Shown here one piece after another: positions 22,681 through 30,200 of a DNA stretch of 64,000 nt. Numbering within the stretch: position 1 is the first letter of the stretch; the number at the start of each line of letters is the position of its first letter. The notes under the pieces were generated by a model. The model did not search any database and had not been told where the DNA came from. It saw only the letters and a program-made list of their open reading frames with translations. The position numbers and the translations under genes were made by a program. The DNA comes from Candidatus Eiseniibacteriota bacterium (GTDB taxonomy: Bacteria; Eisenbacteria; RBG-16-71-46), in assembly GCA_963717505.1 (NCBI GenBank), contig OY970342.1, positions 512,001 through 576,000 of the forward strand, written 5' to 3'.

Positions 22681-23774
22681 GGCGTGCCCACGATGTCGAT
22701 CTGGGCGCCATTCGAGCGCGCCGAGGCGTAGAGGGCCGCGATGGCACGCACGGCGGGCAGGCAGGCCTCGATTCGAGTCGGTGACGGGGCAACACCTGCC
22801 GCGTCCGCCAGGAACTCCGCCATCAAGGCGCTCGGCGCCTCGCCGTCCAGGTCGAAGCGCGCGGCGTGTGGCAGGTCGGCGCGGCCGAGTCGCGTGACGC
22901 CCGACGGCCAGCGGCCCATCGGGAACACCAGCTCCAACTCGAGCGCATCGTCGGACGCCAACATGCGTCCGCGATCCCCTTCGACCTCGATCACGGTCAT
23001 CGGACGCGGGTAGCCGGGCACGCTCCAGCTCGCCTCGAGGATGATCTCGCGGCCATCGGAGCGCACCAGGGTCCCGCGGATCTCGTCCTCGTGGGGTCCG
23101 TACAGCCGGCTCGCAGTGGCGCTGGCGCGCACCGGGTCGCCGAACATGGCGGCGAGCACATACGCGAGTTCGCTGCCATCGTGGGCCAGAACTCCGCCGT
23201 CGACGCCGTCCTGGACGCGCGCCCGTTGCCCGGCGGCGTTGAACACCCTCGACACCGAGAACGACGCCCGCACCTGGGACGGACGCCCGGGCACGCCGCT
23301 GGCCACCGCGCGTGCGGCCATCGCGAACACCGGATGGTGTGCGAGCGGACAGGCCACGACCACGGTGCGCTGGCGCTCGCGCGCCCGAGCCGTGAGCGCC
23401 TGCGCTTCGACCACCGTCAGCGCCGGCGTGCCATCGATCAACACCGAGGCGCCGGCATCGAGGGCCGCGAGAGCGGCCTCGAGCCGCGCTTCGGGCTCGA
23501 GACTGACGATCACCGCTTCCGGCGTGTCGTGCTCCAGCATGGCCTCGACCGATACATGCGGTCGCAAGCCCAGTCCCATCCCGCGCGCATTCCGGCGCGT
23601 GGCCGGGCGCGGATCGGCGAGCCCGACCAGCTCGGCCTGCGGCAACACTGACAGGGTCGCGGCGTGCAGCAAGCCGGAGCGTCCGAGACCGGCGACTGCC
23701 GCGCGGACGGTCGCGTGCCCGGGTCCGAACGGGGCGAGCGCGGGTGCGGCGATTGACTCTTCCGTGAGTGCCAT
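22677..23774 (-). CDS. Gfo/Idh/MocA family oxidoreductase (divergent)
   Basis: Rossmann 'VAGLGRSG..H', 'GGVLAHDGS', 'ASWSVPGY....IEVEG..G' motifs. Confidence 0.75.
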   Translation of the reverse strand: MALTEESIAAPALAPFGPGHATVRAAVAGLGRSGLLHAATLSVLPQAELVGLADPRPATRRNARGMGLGLRPHVSVEAMLEHDTPEAVIVSLEPEARLEAALAALDAGASVLIDGTPALTVVEAQALTARARERQRTVVVACPLAHHPVFAMAARAVASGVPGRPSQVRASFSVSRVFNAAGQRARVQDGVDGGVLAHDGSELAYVLAAMFGDPVRASATASRLYGPHEDEIRGTLVRSDGREIILEASWSVPGYPRPMTVIEVEGDRGRMLASDDALELELVFPMGRWPSGVTRLGRADLPHAARFDLDGEAPSALMAEFLADAAGVAPSPTRIEACLPAVRAIAALYASARSNGAQIDIVGTP

Positions 23775-23853
23775 GGCGATCAGGGTAGAAGGTAGGAAGC
23801 GGCGGCGCAACGCCCGGACGGATCGGTTGTGCTTCGTGCCGCCGCGTTCGTCG

Positions 23854-24429
23854 TCATGCCGTCATCCGGAACTCGATCTTGGGATCCTCGCGGTCCGACT
23901 CCTCGACCTTGAACAGCTCCTGACGCTGACAGTGGAGCCAGCCGGCGACGTACATGTCGGGAATCTGCTCGATGCGCGTGTTGAATGTGGTCACGGTGTC
24001 GTTGTAGTACTCGCGGCGGTCGGCGATCTGGTTCTCGAGATCGCTGATCCGGTGCTGGAGCGCCATGAATCCCTGGTTGGCCTTGAGGTCGGGGTAGGCC
24101 TCGGCGACCGCGAAGAACGAACCGAGCGCCCGAGTCAGTGTGTTCTCGGCGTCGGCGCGCTGCGCCACGGTCTGCGCCTGCGCCAGCGCCGCCCGGGCTT
24201 CGCTCAGCTTGTCGAACACCGCACGCTCGTGCTGCATGTAGCCTTCGCACACCTTGACCAGCTTGGGCAGCTCGTCGTGCCGCTGCTTGAGCAGCACGTC
24301 GATGTTCGACCACGAGCGCTGGATGTTGTTCCTCAGCGCCACCAGGCTGTTGTAGATGCCGAGGAAATACCCGAGCACCCCGACCACCGCAAACAGCACG
24401 AGGACGAGAACGATCACCTCACCGATCAT
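23854..24429 (-). CDS. lemA: LemA family protein
   Basis: N-terminal TM segment; 'YNSLV...WSNIDVLLKQRHDELPKLV', 'AEAYPDLKA', 'ENQIADRREYYND'. Confidence 0.92.
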   Translation of the reverse strand: MIGEVIVLVLVLFAVVGVLGYFLGIYNSLVALRNNIQRSWSNIDVLLKQRHDELPKLVKVCEGYMQHERAVFDKLSEARAALAQAQTVAQRADAENTLTRALGSFFAVAEAYPDLKANQGFMALQHRISDLENQIADRREYYNDTVTTFNTRIEQIPDMYVAGWLHCQRQELFKVEESDREDPKIEFRMTA

Positions 24430-24467
24430 GGCGTCTTAACCCCCCTTGCAACGCGGCCTCGGGCCGC

Positions 24468-25559
24468 CTACCTCGCCCCCATCGCGGGAGCGAGAACGAA
24501 GAGCCAGTACATCAGTCCGAATACCGTCAGCAACGGGCCGCCGATCAGCTTGGCGAACGTCAGCAGGCCCAGGGTCGTGGTCAGCGATTCTTCCGACTCG
24601 CGGCTGATCAGGAACGTCGGGTCGTTGCGTCCGCGCCGGATGACGGCGACCACTTTTCGATGCAGCGCCTGTACGCGGCCCGGGCCGTGAGCGGTGTCGC
24701 CGGCGGAAGCGGCGCGCCGGCGCGCCTGGATCATGTCGTACGCGGCCCCGGCCATGAGGGCTTCGGGGCCCGCTTGCCGAAAGACTCCCGCGGCGATCAC
24801 GGTTCCGGCGAGCACGTCGTCGCGACTGCCGGCCACAGGGCGCATGGCGGGGACCACCTCGCCGGCCGCTACCGGTCGCGTGGTCCTCGGGCGGGTCGCC
24901 TCGATGCCGGGCGCCATCGGGCCATCCGTGCCGGTGGCCTCGAGCGGAACGTTGGACTCGGCAATCGCCGCCGCCATCGGTTGTTCGTTCAGCTCGACGT
25001 GTGAGATGTCGCGGCTCTGCGGTCGCGGCTCGGCCGAGCCCAGGACGTAGACCTTCTCGCCCTCTTCGACCCGGTGCTCGCGGAAGCGCATCTGCGAGAA
25101 GCGCCACAGGAATCGCCGCCACAGGCGCCGATTCGCCATGAACTCCGAGTACACGTCGGGGATCAGCGCGCCGACGCAGGCCTCCTCGGCCGAAGGCGGC
25201 ACGCGGCAGATCGAGCCCTTGGGGTAGACCATCGCCACACCCGTGCCGTCGTCCACGTAGAACGGTTGTCCCGAGGTTTCGCGGTACACGGTCGTCCAGC
25301 CGTGCTTCTCGTTCATCCGCAAGGCGATCTCGACCTCCCAGTAGGCACACGGCTGATTCGAGAATGGCGCTCGCACCGAGCTGCGCTGCAGCACATCGCC
25401 GTAGATCTCGACCAGCCCCATGGCCATCGAGCGAATGCGCGAGGTCGGCGTGTTCTGGATCAGGCGATGGAGCCTCAGGTCGCGGAAGCCGCGAAAGAAC
25501 AACACCGGCCCCGCGCACAACGCGGCCATCGCCCAGAATTTGAGTTCCATGTCGTTCAT
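24468..25559 (-). CDS. GIDE-domain (PF12483-like) membrane protein
   Basis: TM; 'NTPTSRIRSMAMGLVEIYG', 'PFYVDDGTG...VYP.G', 'REHRV..GEKVYVLG', 'FLIS..SE', C-terminal TM; adjacent to lemA. Confidence 0.75.
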   Translation of the reverse strand: MNDMELKFWAMAALCAGPVLFFRGFRDLRLHRLIQNTPTSRIRSMAMGLVEIYGDVLQRSSVRAPFSNQPCAYWEVEIALRMNEKHGWTTVYRETSGQPFYVDDGTGVAMVYPKGSICRVPPSAEEACVGALIPDVYSEFMANRRLWRRFLWRFSQMRFREHRVEEGEKVYVLGSAEPRPQSRDISHVELNEQPMAAAIAESNVPLEATGTDGPMAPGIEATRPRTTRPVAAGEVVPAMRPVAGSRDDVLAGTVIAAGVFRQAGPEALMAGAAYDMIQARRRAASAGDTAHGPGRVQALHRKVVAVIRRGRNDPTFLISRESEESLTTTLGLLTFAKLIGGPLLTVFGLMYWLFVLAPAMGAR

Positions 25560-25804
25560 GCGCGATTCACTCGATGGGTGGACTCGTCCCCTCGACCGCC
25601 GGAACGCCGTATCACGGCCAACGCAGCGAACGCTCTGCGGGCCCGGGGGTTATCGGCGGGTGCCCCAGCCGTCCCCAGCCCGAATTGGCCCGATCTCGGC
25701 GGGTGGCGGGATGCGCCGAGCGGGGAGTCCGGAGGGCATCGACCCCTTCGCCCCATGGTAGGCTCGGGGCTGCCGGCTCCCCGGCCCTTTCCAGGAGTGA
25801 ACCC

Positions 25805-26197
25805 ATGAAGCGCCCGATTTTCGCCCTGGTCGCTATCCTCCTCACGCCGCTCGCCACAGCCCCCACCCGCGCGGCGGTCAACGTCGAGCGCCACGGCGCG
25901 GAGAACCCCATGGTCGAGATCTCACGATCGATCCTCTACGGCGGACTCGCCGGGCTCGCGATCGGCGGCGCCATCGCCATCGCCGACGAGGACAGCGACA
26001 ACACCGATCCGCTCAAGTACGGGTTGGTTGCCGGCGTGTTCGCCGGCGCGGCGGTCGGGTTCTACTGGGTCATGTCGCGCCCGCAGCCGTCCGCGGCGCT
26101 CGAGCTCGACTCGGAGTCGCTCGCGCTGCGACTGCCAACGCCGGTGCTCACCCGGGATGGCGGGACGCGCGTCAGTTTGGTCGCGTATCGGTTTTGA
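25805..26197 (+). CDS. Small exported/membrane hypothetical protein
   Basis: AGGAG RBS; signal peptide; two Gly/Ala-rich hydrophobic helices; ends 'RVSLVAYRF'. Confidence 0.7.
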   Translation: MKRPIFALVAILLTPLATAPTRAAVNVERHGAENPMVEISRSILYGGLAGLAIGGAIAIADEDSDNTDPLKYGLVAGVFAGAAVGFYWVMSRPQPSAALELDSESLALRLPTPVLTRDGGTRVSLVAYRF

Positions 26198-26421
26198 GGC
26201 CTGTTCGGCGGGGAATGGCTCCCCAACAGGAAAGTTGTTGACCGATGGGGGCTGGGGGTGTAAGGCTTCGCTTGCGGTTGCTGACGAAGCGCATCTCTTT
26301 GGGCGACCCCCAACTCTTCTGAGATGAGCTTCGCGCGCCGCACCGAGGTTGTGTGCGTCCACTGGCCGCGATTCACTTCCGTGGGACGTCACGCGCTCGC
26401 CGTCTGATCGAGCCCTGTCGC

Positions 26422-27225
26422 ATGTGGGCATGGCTTGCGGCTGCGGTCGCGCTGCTGGCTCTGCCGCACCCCGATCTCCGGGCCGACCAGTTCGTTCTTC
26501 AGCCGCCCGCTGAGGGCTTCAAGGTCGGTGGCGAGTCCAACCGTGTGCTCGTCCGCCTTCTCAGCGAATCCGACCGACCAGGGTTGCAGTTCGATCTTGT
26601 CTACAACACTGCATTCCTGCGCCCGGTGGAGGTTTCGGGCGTCGGCCGGCTGAGCGAAGCGGACCTACTCCACTACTCGATATCGCCCCCCGGCGTGCTC
26701 CATTTGGTTGCGTACGAGGCCCGGGGAAACCTTTGGACGATCTCCGCCGGCACGGATCCGGTCGTTGCCGTGACCTTCGATGTCCTGGATACGCCGCCCT
26801 CCGGAACGCTGCAGCTTGCGGTGGTCCGCGGACTTGCTGCGGCCGGCGCCAACGGACCGATCGCCCTCCCCCCGACCACGGTCGACATCGCGGTGGAAGC
26901 GGGCGAAAGCGCACGAGACCCCGATCCAACCCAGGACGGGAAGCTGCCCACCCGTTTTGCTCTGTACCAGAACAGCCCGAATCCGTTCTCGAGCTCGACT
27001 TCATTTCGTTTCGACGTCCCGCGCGCGAGTCACGCGCGCATCGTGGTCTATGACCTGTCCGGGAGATCCGTGTCCGTCCTTGCTGATGGCAAGTTCGCTC
27101 CAGGACGTCACGCGGTGACTTGGACCGGCAAGGCGCGGAGAGGCCGCGCACGTCCCGGAATCTACTTCTGCGTCATGGAGGCGGAGAGCTTCCGAGTGGT
27201 GAGGAAGTTGATTCGTCTGGAATAG
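26422..27225 (+). CDS. Secreted cohesin-like domain protein with FlgD-Ig/T9SS-like CTD
   Basis: Signal peptide; 'VLVRL...GLQFDLVY...L...ISAGTDPVVAVTFDV' cohesin-like pattern; CTD 'LYQNSPNPF...YDLSGRSV...WTG...PGIYFC'; start ATG 26422 or GTG 26353. Confidence 0.7.
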   Translation: MWAWLAAAVALLALPHPDLRADQFVLQPPAEGFKVGGESNRVLVRLLSESDRPGLQFDLVYNTAFLRPVEVSGVGRLSEADLLHYSISPPGVLHLVAYEARGNLWTISAGTDPVVAVTFDVLDTPPSGTLQLAVVRGLAAAGANGPIALPPTTVDIAVEAGESARDPDPTQDGKLPTRFALYQNSPNPFSSSTSFRFDVPRASHARIVVYDLSGRSVSVLADGKFAPGRHAVTWTGKARRGRARPGIYFCVMEAESFRVVRKLIRLE

Positions 27226-27246
27226 CTGCTCACGAGGTCGCAACAC

Positions 27247-30200
27247 GTGAATTCAGGGCCGCAAACGAAGTCCCCTCCTGGCACTCCAGTGGTGTCCAGG
27301 CAGAGCGCTGACCCGTCCGAAAGCTTCATCGGGCGGCTCCGCGCCAGTTCCCCCATGCTGGCCATCCTGGTGCTGGGCCTTCACCTGCTGCCCTGGAGGC
27401 CCGCGGAGGCGGCTGGACGGACTCGCGGGTTCGCGACGCCGATTGAGCCCGTGAGGGTTGCCGGCGATCTCAATGGCGATGGCAAGGTCGACGTGATCGA
27501 CCTTCTCCGACTTCGCGACCTCGCGTTTCGGCTGGGAACCATCGCCACCGCTGCGGAGAACGAAGCAGGCGACCTGACCGGCGATGGGAAACTCGACTCG
27601 CTCGACGTTGCCGCCCTTCAGGATCTCGTGCTTCGCGTCGACGCTGCCGCGGAATCGCAGTCGCTGCGGGCGGGAGCCGCGGTCCACACCGGCCCCAACA
27701 TTGCCAACGGCACGTTCGAAGCAGGTCTCATGAGTTGGCAGGTGTTCAGGAACAACCCTGCCAACACGGTGACAACGGAGCTCGACAGTGAAATCCCAGG
27801 CAATAGTGTCGCGCACTTCAACATCCAGGACGCCTCAGGCTCGGGTTGGTACCTGAACCTGGTCCAGTGGTCGGATCAGGGCCCCCTGAATCTCCAATCG
27901 GCGACGACGTACATGATCCGCTTCAAGGCGCGCGCCTCGAGCGATCGCGTGCTCAAGCTCGAACTCGCGGCGTTCCAGCCCACCTATCGGAATCTGGGCC
28001 TGCTGGAGAGCGTCAACCTGACCATGCAGACCCGGGAGTACACGGTGCCGTTTCGCACCGTGGACAACGTGCCCGCCACCGGCGTCCTGTTCTCGATGGT
28101 CTCCACGCAAGTGGCCGGCGACATCTGGGTCGATGACGTGAGCATTGAGCTCGTGCCCCTGGTCACGTTTGTCGGCAACGACACGCAAATCGCTTCGTTC
28201 GACGGTGGCGAATCGTGGGATGGCGGCGCGATCGACACGCTGCAGGTTCGAGAGGGCGACGCGGGCCTGCGATTGACCGCAGCCACGAACGGGTTTCAAC
28301 ACGTCACCCGCGAAGTGCCCATGGATCTGAGCCAGACGCCCTGGGAGATGACGTTCTGGGTGTACACGGAAACACCGGTCTCCGTGGGCCGCCTCTCGCT
28401 TCTCTGGCGCTCGGGCTCGGGTGAGGACGCCGAAGGCTCCTACGTCGCCTGGGCCCTCAGTGGACTCGCCTCGGGTTGGAACTTCGTGGTCATACCTGCC
28501 GAGGCGTTCTTCAAGCCGTATTGGTACGTCAACAACTTCACGTGGCAGGGTGCGCGCACCGTGGCGTTCAAGCTCGAGGCCAATGGCAATGGCCCGGCGT
28601 CGGTCACACTCGACGACCTGAGGATCGAACCCGTGTCCATGAGTGACCGCAGGTCCCCGGTGGTCTCGCACATCAACGTCGTGGACGTCGGCCCGACGAG
28701 CGTCACGATCCGGTGGCTCACGCAGGAACCGGCGGTCGGGGCGCTGCACTACGGTGCGAACACCGCCTACGGGACAACGGTCACGGCGGGCGCGCCGGAT
28801 ACCGCGCAGCAAGTCATCCTCACCGGGTTGACCCCGGCCACTCGCTATCACTGCCGGATCGCCGCGACCGACAACGCCGGCCTGCCGGGATCATCCGGGG
28901 ACTTCACGTTCGCCACCGAGCCGGCCACCCCGCCATTCCCGCCCGATTCCACTCTGGACTTCGAGCTCGGGCTGTACACCGTGTACGGAATGACCGACCT
29001 CGCCGGACTCGCCGGCATGCCCTTCACTCATGTTCACAGCTTTCAGTTCAGCCGCTGCACCATCAGCATGGAGGCCATGCAGCAGTATCTCGACACCGCG
29101 CAGGACATTGGCGTCAAGGTGATGCTCGGGGTCAGCTGCAATCCCATCGTCGAAGCCAACAGCATCCCGATCGTTCAGGCGTTCAAGACTCATCCGGCAA
29201 CGGACAGCTGGTACCTGTACGACGAACCGGAGGGGCACGGCATCTCGCCGGCCTATCTCATCAGCGCTTACAGCGTGATCCAGGCGGAAGACCCCACTCG
29301 TCCAATCGTCATCAGCTCGTACGCATTTGGACAACCCGGGTTCCCGTACTTGCTGGGATTCGATCGGGTGCTGTTCGACGCGTACCCAGTGCCCATCCAC
29401 CCGGTGGACTGGCTCCTGCCCCAGCTCGATGCCGCCGGCGCGGACGGACGGCCCTGGGGCTTCGTCTTTCAGGCGTTTCAATGGGACGTCGATCGCTGGA
29501 TCGAACACGCTGGAGGCCCCACCCGCTATCCGACCGCTGCAGAAATGCGCGCGATGCCGTTCCTCGCGATCAACCGCGGCGCACAGCATCTGTGGGCCTT
29601 TTCGTACAACGACCTCAATGACCTCCCGGGATCGGAGTGGAAGTGGAGCGAACTCCTGACGCTCGCTCAGGAGCTCAAGCGACTGCGGCCCTTGTTCGCC
29701 TCGACGACGGCACCGACGATCACGGCAACGACTTCGGAGCCGGCTCTCGATCTCGCGACCCGTCGCTATGGCGAGCGGGAGTACGTGATTGCCGTGAACT
29801 CGAGTGCGAGCAGTGTGTCGAGCTCGATTGCCCTCACCGGGGTTACGGGCGTGAACGCGATCAGAGTCGGAGATGGCCAGACACTGCCGCTCAATGGAGG
29901 CAGTCTGACCGACGTGTGGAGCCCCTACGACGTTCGCCTGTACGAGGTAACCCCGCTGGATGCGGACGACGTGTCGCCCACGCTGGCGATCACGGAGCCG
30001 CCCGCCGGGGACTACACGAGCGGCGCGACGACCGTAGTCGTCGATGCCAATGACGACATGCTCATCGATTACGTCCAGGTGTTCGTCGATGGTTCGCCGG
30101 TGGGCCCGCCCCTGACTTCCGCTCCGTACACGATGATCTGGGACGCCGTCCAGCACAGCGGCGGCGCACACATCCTGTCGGCGGTCGCGTACGACGTCTC

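Noticed and set aside
26281-26335. Hammerhead ribozyme (CTGACGA followed by a stem)
   Set aside because: No GAAA after stem II and no stems I/III with an NUH site
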